A stretch of 64,000 nt of DNA. Source: an uncultured beta proteobacterium (GTDB taxonomy: Bacteria; Pseudomonadota; Gammaproteobacteria; Burkholderiales; Casimicrobiaceae). Positions 53,085-64,000 of this stretch are shown one piece after another. The notes beneath the pieces are model-generated. The model made no database searches. It was not told the DNA's origin and worked only from the letters and a program-made list of their open reading frames with translations. The translations under genes were made by a program, and so were the position numbers. The stretch is taken from NCBI GenBank assembly GCA_963734575.1, contig CAVTHT010000007.1, forward strand, positions 96,549 through 160,548. The letters are read 5' to 3'. The stretch's first letter is position 1, and every line of letters starts with the position of its first letter.

Positions 53085-53942
53085 ATGATCCTCATCACCT
53101 GGAACGTGCAATGGTGCCGCGGCGTCGACGGCCGCGTGGATCCCGCCCGCATCGTCGCCGAAGCGAAGCGCCTCGCCGACTTCGACGTGCTGTGCCTGCA
53201 GGAGATCGCCGACAACTTTCCCGACCCCCGCCTGCCCGGCAGCGCGGGTGAAGACCAGTTCGCGATGCTGGCCTCGCTGTTGCCCGGCTTCACCGCCGTG
53301 CCCGGTCCTGCCGTGGACCACCCGGGTGATGACAACCAGCGCCGGCGCTTCGGCAACATGATCCTGTCGCGCCTGCCCGTGCGGCAGGCGTTCCGGCAGT
53401 TGCTCCCGTTTCCGGTGGATCCGGGCGTGAAGGGCATGCCGCGCATCGCCGTCGAGGCCGTCGTCGGCGCCGCGTTCGGCGACGTGCGGGTGATCACCAC
53501 GCATCTCGAGTACTACTCGCAGCGGCAGCGCAGCAGCCAGGTGGAGGGCCTGCGCTCGTTGTACGCCGAAGGTCATGCCCACGCCGTGCAGGGCTCGGTC
53601 ACGGACACGTCGGGGAATCCGTTCAACAGCTATCTCCGGCCCGAGGCAACCGTGATCTGCGGCGACTTCAATCTCGAGCCCGAAGATCCGCTCCACGGCC
53701 GGATGCTCGAGCCGTTCGGCGACGGCACGCCGCGCCTGCACGACGCATGGGAAGCAGCGCACCCCGGCGAGGCACACCCGTCCACGTTCAAGATCTACGA
53801 GAAGGTGGTGCCCGGCGAGCCCGAGCTGCACTGCGATTTCGTGTTCGTCAACGCGCCACTGGTGCGACGTCTGCAATCGGTGCGGATCGACCAGCAGACG
53901 CAGGCGTCCGACCACCAGCCCGTGATCGTCACGTTCTCCTGA
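53085..53942 (+). CDS. Endonuclease/exonuclease/phosphatase (EEP) family protein
   Basis: MILITWNVQWCRGVDGRVDPARIVAEAKRLADFDVLCLQEIADNF...ICGDFNLEPED...DHQPVIVTFS. The ORF is intact at 285 aa. Confidence 0.8.
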   Translation: MILITWNVQWCRGVDGRVDPARIVAEAKRLADFDVLCLQEIADNFPDPRLPGSAGEDQFAMLASLLPGFTAVPGPAVDHPGDDNQRRRFGNMILSRLPVRQAFRQLLPFPVDPGVKGMPRIAVEAVVGAAFGDVRVITTHLEYYSQRQRSSQVEGLRSLYAEGHAHAVQGSVTDTSGNPFNSYLRPEATVICGDFNLEPEDPLHGRMLEPFGDGTPRLHDAWEAAHPGEAHPSTFKIYEKVVPGEPELHCDFVFVNAPLVRRLQSVRIDQQTQASDHQPVIVTFS

Positions 53943-53948
53943 TGCGGC

Positions 53949-55003
53949 TCAGGACGACCTGCCCGTACGTGTAACACGACGGAGCAGGTGACGGAGCAGA
54001 CGGGGCAACCCGGAGCGTCCTCCGTCCGCCCTGAGCACCGAGATGTCGTCCTCGAGCTTGCACCGCCACGCTTCCGCTGCGGCGAGCGACTCCTCGCGGG
54101 CGGCGATGACCGCACGCATCTCCCCGATCTCGGCCTGCAATCCATCGCGCTGCCGTACCGCCTCGGCATGATGGCCCTGCCAGGCGGCGACTTCGCGATC
54201 CAGCGCGTTGCCACGCTCGTGCGCGGCATGCAGCGCGCTCGTCACCTTCTCGTAATCCCGGCGCACCCACTCCCCGGCATCGGCGAGCACGGACACCGTG
54301 CGTGGCACGTTCGGAGAGCGCAGCGGCGTCGTCGCTCGCCACCACGAGGAAGTACAGCGCACGGGCATGGCCGTCGCGACGTGTCGCAGCATCGTCCTCG
54401 CGCAACTCGAACAGCTCGCCGGCCGTCGCGTCCTGTTCCGGTGCGACCACGGAGAAGAAGCTCGCGTGCTGGCCGAACCATACGGCATGCGCGAAGCGTC
54501 GCGCGAGCATGGCTGCGAGCTCTTCGCGGTCGAGCTCGCGCACGTGAAAGGGATTGGCCGTGCCACGGGCCTCCGAGTATTCGCGCCGGTTGGGACACGA
54601 CAGGACGAGCAGGCCTCCCGGCCGGAGCACGCGGCGGATCTCGTCGAGGAACGCGTCCTGCGCCGCGATGTGCTCGAGGGTCTCGAACGACACGACGGCG
54701 TCGAACGCCTGATCGGGCAGGGGCAGGGCGCGCGCAGTCGCCGAGCTCGAAACGCAGGTTCGGCTGCGCGCCGTAGTGCGCGCGTGCATGCGCCACGGCG
54801 TCGGGCGCGATGTCCACGCCGGTGACGGATGCGGCATGGCGCGCGAGCAGCGCGCTGCCGTAGCCCGCGCCGCAGGCCACGTCGAGCACGTGGCGGCCGG
54901 CGACCAGCGCCGCAGCGAGGTGATAACGATGCCAGTGCTCGTACCAGATCTCGCCGGCAACGCCCGGCACGAACCGCTCGCCGGTGAACGGGAGATCCGT
55001 CAC
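53949..55003 (-). CDS. Class I SAM-dependent methyltransferase with C-terminal coiled-coil extension; GTG start overlapping upstream stop; at least two frame changes (about 54300, about 54730)
   Basis: VTDLPFTGERFVPGVAGEIWYEHWHRYHLAAALVAGRHVLDVACGAGYGSALLA...GVDIAPDAVAHARAHY / ...LPDQAFDAVVSFETLEHIAAQDAFLDEIRRVLRPGGLLVLSCPNRREY / ...DYEKVTSALHAAHERGNALDREVAAWQGHHAEAVRQRDGLQAEIGEMRAVIAAREESLAAAEAWRCKLEDDISVL. Confidence 0.7.
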
Positions 55004-56837
55004 GGCGTCGCGCGCCGCCCGGTCAGCAGGCGCCGCAACGGGCCGCGCCACGCCGCGACATGGGCGAGCCACGGCCGCAGCATCACGAACCGGCGCACGT
55101 CCTGGCGGCTCACCAGCACGAGCGACTGCGTGCGCATGTACGTCTCGGCCATGCGCGAGATGTCGTACGGCGACAGCGTGAGGCGCATCGCGCGCTGGCG
55201 CTCGACCGCGTCGCGGTAGGCGAGGTCGAGCAGCTCCTGCCGGCCGGCGGCTTCCTTGGCGCCCGCCGGGACGCGGTACTTGGACGTGGTCTTCTCGACC
55301 AGCACGAACTCGTGCTCGAGCGAGTAGCGGGTCCACAGGTTCCAGTCCTCGAGCTGGTCCATGTCCTCGGCGAAGCCGCCGTACGTCTCGTACAGGCTGC
55401 GATGGAACAGCACCGCCTGGATCGGCAGGTAGTTGTGATGCCACAGCGTCAGCCGGTCGAACGGCTGGCGGTGCTGCGTGATGTGCGCGATCTCCGCCAG
55501 CCGGCCGCTCGTCCCGTCGATCACATGGGTGTGCGTCTCCCACGAGAGGCCGTACGCGCCCTTGAGCCCGCGCTCGCGCACGGCGTCGAGCAGCACCTCG
55601 ACGTGATCGGCGAAGAGCACGTCGTCATCGTCGAGGAAGTTCAGCCATTCGCCGCGCGCCGCGGCGAGCGCGAGGTTGCCGGCGCGCGCGCGTCCCACGC
55701 GGTGGCCGGTCGCGCCGATAGTGGATGCGCAGGCGATCGCGGAAGCTGTCGACACCGCTTGCGAGCGCGGCGGTCCGTCCTCGATCACGACCGCCTCGAC
55801 GTCGCGGCCAGGTCTGGTTGGCGACGCGATTCGAGCGCCTGGCGCAGCGATGCGGTACGTCCGATGGTGCGGATCAGGATCGAGACGAGCGGTCCGTCGC
55901 GGCGCGGCTCCTCGCGACGCGAATGCATCGCGACGAAGGCGCCGTCGCGGCGCAACTCGTAGCTCCAACCGTTGAACACCGGGTGAAACGTCTCGGTCGG
56001 CCGCACCCTGGTCGACGCGAACTGCGGCCAGCTGCCGCACGAAGCGCAGACAGCGCCCGCAGCAATCCGCGCCGGCGGCGCGGAAATTCCGGCGGCGCGA
56101 GCGATCTCGGCGAGCACCATCGAGATGCCCTGCAGCGTGCGCCCGACGCCGCCGTAGCGCGCGCGCAGGCACAGGTTCGTTTCCACGCCGCCCAGGACCT
56201 GCAGCGGCTTGACTTCGCCCGCATGCCGATACGTGCGATGCACGACGGCGAAGCGCGGCACGTAGCGCAGCGCGGTGTCCCGCGGCGCGCAGTCGCCACG
56301 ACAGATCCACGTCCTCGCCGTACATGAAGATGCGCGGATCGAACCCGCCCACACCCTGGTACGCGCTGCGACGGAAGAGCACCGCGGCGCCGCTCACCCA
56401 CGGCGTGTCGAGCGTCACGGGGTCGTAGGCCTTCGGGTGCTCGTAGGGGATCTGGCGGAGCTCCCACGCGGCGACCTCGGGTGCGTCGCGCTCTGCGGTC
56501 GCGACGAGCTTCCGCGAGCACGGACGGCTCGAGGATGCAGTCCTGGTTGAGCACGAGGAGCCACGGCGAGGCGCCGCTCGCGGCGTTGGCGTTGTGGCCG
56601 CGGCCGAAGCCGATGTTGCTGGTGCGGCGGCCGCACCGTGACGCTGGCGAAGGCCTTCCCGTCGCGCAGTGCCGGCAGCGCCTCGATCCGCGCGACGGCC
56701 GCGCCTCTTCGGCGTGTTGTCGAGCACGTACAGGTGCACCTCAGGCCGCTGCTCTGCTCCGCGACGCTGCGCAGGAGCGCTTCGAGCAGCGCGTCGTCGG
56801 GGGCGAACGTGACGATGCTGACGTCAACGGCGGCCAC
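55000..56837 (-). CDS. Two-domain family-2 glycosyltransferase (tandem GT2), multiple frame changes
   Basis: GT2 domain 1: VDVSIVTFAPDDALLEALLRSVAEQ...HLYVLDNTP...YDPVTLDTPWVSGAAVLFRRSAYQGVGGFDPRIFMYGEDVDLSWRLRAAGH. GT2 domain 2: VSILIRTIGRTASLRQALES...WLNFLDDDDVLFADHVEVL...EDWNLWTRY. The segments lie in different frames. Confidence 0.65.
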
Positions 56838-58288
56838 GGCTCGCCCAGCGCCGCAATGCGCGGCGCACCAGCTGCGGGAGCTGCGCGAAGGCAGCCGTGT
56901 CCTGCGCCATCCGTTCGACCCTGCCGGCAAGCTCCGCGGTCGTGCGATCGCGCGCCTGCAGCTCGGCATTCAGCGCAGCGACGTCGCCTTCGAGCTTCGC
57001 CGCCCACTGTCTCCCCGCGTCGACATCGCCCTGCAGCTTCGCGGCCCATGCGTGGGATGCCGCCACGGTCGATTGCGCCGCTTGCAGCGCTTCGCAGAGC
57101 TGCACGAGCTCCTGCCGGAACGCAAACCCATCGAGGTTGGTGGCGAGCAGCCGCTGCAGGCGTAGCGTCGAGGACGTCAGCCGGCGCGCCCTGTGCCGAC
57201 TCGAGATCGAACTGCGCGTAGAGCGCGCCGATGGCATCGGCCATCGCGCCGAGCGGAGGAACGACGGAGGGATCGTCGGACACGATGGCCGATTCTACGC
57301 GGGCCCGCTCGCTGCGCCCGTCCGTCGAGCAGGTCGCCGATCAGGCGCGCGGCCGTTGCGCCGTCGAAGCCCGGGGGCAGCACCCAGCCACCGCCATGGG
57401 CGCGAACGCGTGCGCCAAGCGCGCCCTCGTCCGGCACGATGACCGGTATGCCGGCGGACCACACCTCCGACAGCGTGTAGCTGAAGCTCTCGGGGATGCG
57501 ATTCGGGAACAACGCGAGCGACGGTCGGTACGCTGCGAGCCATCCGGGAAGGTCGTCGTCCGCGTACGGGCCGTGCACGAAGAGCCCGCGCGCGAGCCAG
57601 CCCTGCAGCAGCCGCTCGTCGGTGTAACCGATCACGACGAGCGCCGCATCGTGCTCGGCAATGGCGGTCGGCGACACTGCGCAGCAACGTGCTGCCCTTG
57701 TGCGGGCCGACCGCACCCACGACGGCGATCACGTGCCGCGGGGCCTGCTCGACGAACGCCGCCGGCGCGTCGCGCGAATGCGGCGCCCGATGCGGCACGC
57801 CCGGCGCAATGACGGTCACGGGCACGTCCGGCATCCAGGCCCGCATCTCGGCGCGGATGTATTCCGATGGCGCGATCACCGTGCGTGCGCGCCGCAGCGT
57901 CCTCCGCACCTCACCGATCCACGCGACATCCGGCGTGCCGACCGAAGCACCGGCGAAGAGCGCCGGGTGCAGGAAACCGAGATCGTGCAGGGTCGCCACC
58001 ACGCCGACCGTGCCATCGTGGGCGAGGACGGCCTCGGCGCGTTCGCGCGCGCGCCGGTCGACGCTGTGGAGATGGACGAGGCGTGTGCCGGTGGCCGCCA
58101 GCTGCGGTCGCGGCGTTGCCCGGCGCGAGCGGCCAGTAGCGTCGCGCCGCGAGGTCTTCCAGCACGTCGATGTCCGCGCCGACGTGCAGCGCGAGGTGGC
58201 GTCCCGGGACCGCCGCCGCCACGTCGCGGATGTAGCGATCCACGCCGCCGCCGGGCGCGGACGTGATGTGCAGCACGGCGCCGGTCAT
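56824..58288 (-). CDS. GT4-like glycosyltransferase with C-terminal coiled-coil tail; multiple frame changes
   Basis: MTGAVLHITSAPGGGVDRYIRDVAAAVPGRHLALHVG... / HVIAVVGAVGPHKGSTLLRS / ALVVIGYTDERLLQGWLARGLFVHGPYADDDLPGWLAAYRPSLALFPNRIPESFSYTLSEVWSAGIPVIVPDEGALG / C-terminal LQRLLATNLDGFAFRQELVQLCEALQAAQSTVAASHAWAAKLQGDVDAGRQWAAKLEGDVAALNAELQARDRTTAELAGRVERMAQ. Confidence 0.6.
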
Positions 58289-58400
58289 GTTCTTGGGCGG
58301 GATGGGACGACGGGCCAGGCAAGTATATGCGTGCGCGGCCGCGCGCCGGCCGTTCGCCTAGAATGGCGGGGCCGCAGGGCTGCAGCGCGGCCAACTCCCC

Positions 58401-61400
58401 ATGCTTTCCGGATCCAAGCCCCCGAACGTCACCTTCGACGCCGCCTTGTGCACGGCGCGCCTGTCGCCGCGCACCCACGTGCTGTTCGTCAGCCACGGCT
58501 GGGGCGGCGGCGTGCAGCGGCACATGGACGATCTCGCTGCGCTGATCGCCGACGCTTGCGACGTGATCCGGCTGGTGCCGGGCCCCGGGGGCACCGTGCG
58601 CGTGGAGATCGGCGGCGCGCACGGCGCCGCGCGCGCCTATTTCGCGTTGCCGGCGGAGAGCGAGACGCTGCTCGCCCTGCTGCGCAGCGTCGGCATCGCA
58701 CGCGTCCACTTCCACCACGTGCACGGGTTGCCGCGCGCCGTGCTGGACCTGCCGCGCCAGCTCGGCGTCGCGTACGACGTCACGCTGCACGACTATTACG
58801 CGCTGGATCCGCGTCCCGTGCGCGACGGTGGCGCGCCGCGCGAGGACGACGCGGCCAGCCCCGACGACGACATGCCCTGGGAGCTGTCCCTCGAGGAATG
58901 GCGCACCGTCTTCGGCACGTTCCTGCGTGGCGCTGCGCGCGTGATCGCGCCGTCGCACGATGTCGAAGAGCGTTATCTGCGCGCATGGCCGGATCTCGCG
59001 TTGCAGGTCCGCGCCCACCCGGAGCCGGCCGCGTCGCCCATGCGGGCGATCGTCCGCGTGGTGGCGCCCGGCCGCATCTCGCCGGCGAAGGGGTTGCACG
59101 TCATCGTCGCCTGCGCGCTGCATGCGCGCGCCAACGACCTGCCGCTCTTCTTCCGCATCCTCGGCAGCACGACCGAGCCGGTGGTGCAGGCGCCGTCGGT
59201 GCCGCTGAGCGTGTCCGGCGAATATCCCGAAGACGCCCTGCACGCGCTGCTGGCGGCCGAACGGCCGGACGTGATCATGCTGCCGACGCAGGTGCCGGAA
59301 AGCTACGGCTATGTGCTCTCCGCGGCGATCGCGTCCGGCGTGCCGATCGTCGCCTCCGCGCTCGGCGCGTACATCGAGCGCCTGGCGGACGTCCCGGGTG
59401 CAACGATGCTGCCGCACGATGCGCCGCCCGCGGCATGGAACGAGGCTCTGCTTCGCGTCGCGGACATCCCGCGACGTGCGCCCGGGGAGCCAGTCCGGAC
59501 GGGATCGTCACCGGAGGACTACGGCGCGTGGTACCTGGAGCCGTTGGCGGGAACGACGGCCGAGCGCGGTCCCGAGATCACCCTCGACGCGCGTCATCTC
59601 GCCCTGCCGCGCGGCGACGTCGATCAGGAGCCGCTTTCGCTCGCGGAGCTGTATCGCTATGGGGTGGAATGCGGGCAGCTGGAAGCGCGCACCGAGCTCG
59701 TGCGGCGCCTCGACGACATCGAGACGGAGCGTGCCGAGCTCGTCGCGCTGCGCGAGGCGGCGCTCGCCGAGCACGAAGCTGCGCAGTCGCGCGTGGAGCA
59801 GGCCGAGCATGCATTGCGCGTGTCGCACGCGCGCATCCAGGAGTTCGAGCATTCGACGTCCTGGCGCCTCACCGCCCCCGTGCGCACCGTCGGACGCCGG
59901 TGGAAGCTGCTGCAGGCGCGGTTCCGCGCAACGTATGCGACGGCCCGGCACGTCCCGCGCCAGGCGGACATCGCGCGTACGATCCTGCGCGATCACGGTG
60001 CGGCTGCGCTGTGGACGCGCGTGCGGAACAAGCTCTCCGGCAAGCGCCGCTACCGGCCGCCGGTCGTGACGCGCTATGCGCAGGAGATCGCTGCCGGCCC
60101 GCTGACGTTTCCCCCGATGGCTCCCGCGGGCCTGCGGGCGTCGATCGTCATCCCGGCGTTCGGCGATCCGCTGCTCACGTTCACCTGCCTCAAGAGCATC
60201 GCCGCGCATACCCCGGCCGGCCGCTACGAGGTCGTCGTGGTGGACGATGCGTCGCCGCAGCCGGTGGCGGAGGCTCTGCGCGAAGTGCACGGCATCTGCG
60301 TCGAGCGCAACGCCGTCAACCTGGGCTTCATCGCGAGCTGCAATCGCGGCGCCGAGCTCGCGCGGGGCGAAGTCCTCGTATTCCTCAACAACGACACCAT
60401 CGTCACGGCCGGCTGGCTGCAGGCGATCCTGCAGACATTCGAGCGTCGCCCGCACACGGGCCTCGTCGGCGCGAAGCTCGTCTATCCGGACGGCCGCCTG
60501 CAGGAGGCCGGCGGCATCGTGTGGCGCGACGGCTCGGCGTGGAACTACGGACGCGACGAGGATCCGGAGCGGCCCGAGCACAACTACGTGCGCGAGGTCG
60601 ACTACTGCTCCGGCGCCTGCATCGCCATTCCCTGCTCGCGTGTTCCGCGCCGTCGGCGGCTTCGACGTGCGCTATGCGCCGGCGTACTACGAGGACACCG
60701 ACCTCGCCTTCGCCGTGCGCGCGGCCGGACGCAAGGTCGTGTACCAGCCGCGCGGCGACCATCGTGCATTTCGAGGGACAGACCGCGGGACCGATCTCGA
60801 TGCAGGCATGAAGCAGCACCAGGTGGTCAACCAGCGCCGCTTCGCCGAGAAATGGGGTGCGACGCTGGCCGCGCACCGCGCCAACGGCATCGAGCCGCAC
60901 GCTCGAGCACGATCGCTGGGCGCGGCACCGCGTGCTGGTCATCGACGCCTGCATGCTGACGCCGGACCAGGATTCCGGGCTCGGTGCGCATGCAGGCCGT
61001 GCTCGAGCTCGCTGATCGAGCTGCACTGCAAGGTCGACCTTCGTCGCCGACAGCCTCGAGCACCGCGAGCCCTACGTCGGCGACCTGCAGCAGCGCGGCG
61101 TCGAGGTTCTCTTCCATCCGTACGTGCGCAGCGTGCCGGCGCTGCTCGCCGAGCGCGGCGAGGAGTTCGACGTCGATCGTGCTGTCGCGCCACTACATCG
61201 CCAACAAGCACGTCGAGACCGTGCGCACGTTCGCACCGCAAGCCCTGCTCGTGTTCGACACCGTGGACCTGCATTTCCTGCGCGCGGAGCGCCTCGCGGA
61301 GCTCGAGGGCGGCGCGATGGCGAAGGCAGCCGCGCGGGCCAAGCGCGAGGAGGAGCTCGCCCTCATCCGCCGGGCCGACGTCACGCTGGTCGTGAGCGCC

Positions 61401-62072
61401 GATCGAGCGGGATCTCCTCGCGGAGCTCGCCCCCGAGGCGCGAGGTGCGCAGTCCTTTCGAACATCCACGAGCCGATGCCGATCGGCAAGCCGTTCGCGG
61501 ATCGCGAGGGCCTGGTGTTCATCGGCGGGTTCCAGCATCCGCCGAACACCGACGCCATGCTGTGGTACGCGCAGGACGTGCTGCCGCACGTGCGCCGGCT
61601 GCTGCCCGGCGTGCGGACGTACGTCATCGGCGCCGATGCGCCGGCCACGATTCGCGACCTCGCCGCCGAGGATTTCGTCGTGACCGGGCACGTGCCCGAC
61701 GTCGCGCCGTATTTCACCCGGGCGCGTGCGTCGATCTCGCCGCTGCGCTACGGCGCGGGCGTCAAGGGCAAGGTGAACCTGGCGCTGAGCTACGGCGTCC
61801 CGGTCGTGGCCACCACGCCGTCGATCGAGGGCATGCATCTCACGCCGGGAGCCGACGTGCTCGTCGCCGACACGGCGGAAGCGTTCGCCGACGCCATCGC
61901 GCAGGTGTATCGCGACGAGATGCTGTGGCACCGCATGTCCGATGGCGGCCGCGCCATCATCCGCCAGCACTTCTCGCGCGACGTCGCGCGTGCGGCACTG
62001 GCGGCGCTCCTCGCCCGGGCGCACCGCCGCGCACCGCCAGCACCCGCCGAAGGAGCTCGTCAGCGCCGAGTG
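58401..62072 (+). CDS. Very large multi-domain glycosyltransferase (GT4-like - coiled coil - GT2 - GT4), about 1200 aa; at least 5 frame changes between 60640 and 61450; 3' end approximate
   Basis: N-terminal domain: [16 protein letters not shown]...[22 protein letters not shown]. Coiled coil: [78 protein letters not shown]2 domain: [41 protein letters not shown]...VFLNNDTIV...[10 protein letters not shown]-terminal GT4 domain: [28 protein letters not shown]...[32 protein letters not shown]. Confidence 0.65.
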
Positions 62073-62717
62073 AAGAGCAGGTCGCGCACGCCGTGGCCCA
62101 GGCCCAGCCCGCGCTTCTCGAACTTCGTCAGGGGACGCCACGCCGGGCGCTCCGCAAAGTCGCTCGCGGTGTTGGCGAGCAGCGTCTCCGCGCTCAGCGT
62201 GACGAGGATTTCCTGCGCGTATTCCTCCCAGTCCGTGGCGACGTGCAGCACGCCTCCGGGTGCGAGTCGTCGCGCGAGCTCGTGCACGAAGCCCGGCTGC
62301 AGGAGACGCCGCTTGTGATGGCGCTTCTTCGGCCACGGGTCGGGAAAGAACACATGCACCCGGTGGAGGCTGCCGTCGGGGATCATCTGCGCGACGACCT
62401 CGACGGCGTCGTGCTGGATGACGCGCAGGTTGGTGAGATCGCGCGCCTGCGCGATGGCGCATAGCAACGCGCCCACGCCCGGCGCATGCACTTCGACGCC
62501 GAGGAAATCGGTGGCGGGCTGTTCGTGCGCGATGGCGACCGTCGTTTCGCCCATGCCGCAGCCGATCTCGAGCACGACCGGCGCACGCCGGCCGAACAGC
62601 TCGCCGAAGTCGAGCGGCCGCGGCGCGTAGTCGACGCCGAAGCGCGGCCAGAGCGCGGCCAGCGCATGCGCGCTGTGCGGGCGACATGCGACCCTGGCGC
62701 AGCACGAAGCTGCGCAC
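62060..62717 (-). CDS. trmB: tRNA (guanine-N7)-methyltransferase TrmB (N-terminal start uncertain; frame change near 62640)
   Basis: [14 protein letters not shown] / [87 protein letters not shown]...[23 protein letters not shown]...ATDWEEYA. Confidence 0.8.
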
Positions 62718-62780
62718 GGAGCGATGCGGCCGCGATCGTTGGTGGCGGCGCCGCCGCGGAATCGCGCAGCGTCGGGCGGA

Positions 62781-63453
62781 TCAGGGCTGCGCAACGCGGC
62801 CCCACCCGGGCTCGTCCAGGCGCCGCTCGAGCGTACGCCCCGAGCTCTCGGCCGCACGTGTGTACTCGAGCTCGAGCGTGTCGGCGGATTTCCACCGCAC
62901 GCTCGCGTCGCTCCACGGCTCGGGCGGCGTCCACAACGCCTCCTTGCGCACGCCGTCGCGCGTCACGCGCCAGACCGCGAGCTGGTTGCTGCAGTTCTGC
63001 GGAGCAGAAGTCGGCGGTGGCGATGCGCTGGCGGTCCGGTGCGAGCTTCGGTTCGGCCGGCACCTCGAAGCTGCGCCCGGTCGCGCGCTGCAGCAGCACG
63101 AATGACGCGTCGTCGCCCTGCGTCGCGTAGATGACGGCCATGTTCACGCTGTCGAGGTAATCCCACAGCGCGTACGAGCGGCCGCCGTCGGGCGCCATGC
63201 TGTCCTTGAAGGTCGCCTCGCCGCTCGGATAGAGCGTGACGCGGAGGGTGTCGCCGTCGCGCGTCGCGAGACTGGGCAGGCGCTTCAACTGCACTTCCTC
63301 GACCCGCCGGCCGCAATGCGCGAGGCCCTCGGCGCCGTCGCACGCGCTGGCGACCTCCTGCGGCGTGAGCGCCACGGCGCCCGCGGGCGCGACGTGCAAT
63401 GCGAGGAGAAGCGCCGCGACGGCGAAGCGCGCGGCGCGGTCGGGCGCGCGCAT
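62781..63453 (-). CDS. Secreted hypothetical protein (signal peptide); frame change near 62990
   Basis: [151 protein letters not shown] / ...[63 protein letters not shown]. Confidence 0.5.
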
Positions 63454-63455
63454 CC

Positions 63456-64000
63456 TCAGGAGCGGGCGATCAGCCCGGCCGTGGGGGAGCTGGGGCTGCC
63501 CTCGTAGAGCTTTCGCGGCATCCGGCCGGCGAGGAAGGCCTCGCGGCCGGCCTCGACGGCGAGACGCATCGCGCGCGCCATGCGCACCGGGTCTTTCGCC
63601 AGCGCGATCGCCGTGTTCATCAGCACGCCGGCGCAGCCGAGCTCCATGGCGATGGCCGCGTCCGAGGCCGTGCCCACGCCGGCGTCGACGAGCACCGGCA
63701 CCTTCGCCTGATCGATGATGAGGCGCAGGTTCCAGGGATTGAGGATGCCCATGCCCGAACCGATGAGCGAAGCGAGGGGCATGATGGCGACGCAGCCGAT
63801 CGCCTCGAGCTCGCGCGCGGCGATCGGATCGTCCGACGTGTACACCATCACGTCGAAGTCGTCGCGCACCAGCACCTCGGCGGCCTTCAGCGTCTCGCGC
63901 ACGTTCGGGAACAGCGTCTGCTGATCGCCGAGCACCTCGAGCTTCACCAGGCGATGTCCGTCCAGGAGCTCCCGCGCGAGCCGCAGCGTGCGAATGGCTT
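63456..64000 (-). CDS. thiG: Thiazole synthase ThiG, C-terminal part (5' end outside window)
   Basis: [114 protein letters not shown]. Confidence 0.85.
   Translation of the reverse strand, partial: AIRTLRLARELLDGHRLVKLEVLGDQQTLFPNVRETLKAAEVLVRDDFDVMVYTSDDPIAARELEAIGCVAIMPLASLIGSGMGILNPWNLRLIIDQAKVPVLVDAGVGTASDAAIAMELGCAGVLMNTAIALAKDPVRMARAMRLAVEAGREAFLAGRMPRKLYEGSPSSPTAGLIARS

Overview
This window is a high-GC (about 70%) proteobacterial chromosomal segment whose gene content and synteny are typical of Betaproteobacteria. It is mostly housekeeping and metabolic genes on both strands:

- ychF (5'-truncated), a lipoprotein, dapF, a DUF484 gene, xerC, a DinB-family gene, gshA, then amtB, glnK and a TorF-like porin behind a sigma54-type promoter.
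- ubiK, comM/yifB, an uncharacterised four-gene catabolic operon divergent from a GntR regulator, a TctC-family solute-binding protein, and a 1273-aa YdiJ-like FAD/Fe-S oxidoreductase.
- A 552-aa hypothetical, a YyaL-like protein, cytochrome c551, a tandem glycine riboswitch, gcvT, gcvH, gcvP, dadA, a DUF4118-PAS-GGDEF-EAL protein, dacC, dat, ybeD, lipB and lipA.
- A cluster of REP-like palindromes, mltA, apaG, rpe, gph, trpE, nhaA, trpG, trpD, trpC, a CUT1-type ABC importer, trmB and thiG (3'-truncated).

The most accessory-looking part is a roughly 9 kb glycan-assembly locus at 53.1-62.1 kb. It encodes a methyltransferase, a tandem-GT2 protein, a GT4 protein and a roughly 1200-aa GT4-GT2-GT4 protein. 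Three of these proteins carry coiled-coil segments reminiscent of WbdD/WbdA or WsaE chain-length 'ruler' systems.

A pervasive technical or biological feature is that about 40 conserved genes need a 1-bp frame change to read through. These sit mostly at G/C homopolymer runs and are unevenly distributed. They are probably indel errors in the assembly, though the glycan locus could be genuinely decayed.

I found no rRNA or tRNA genes, no CRISPR array and no transposase.
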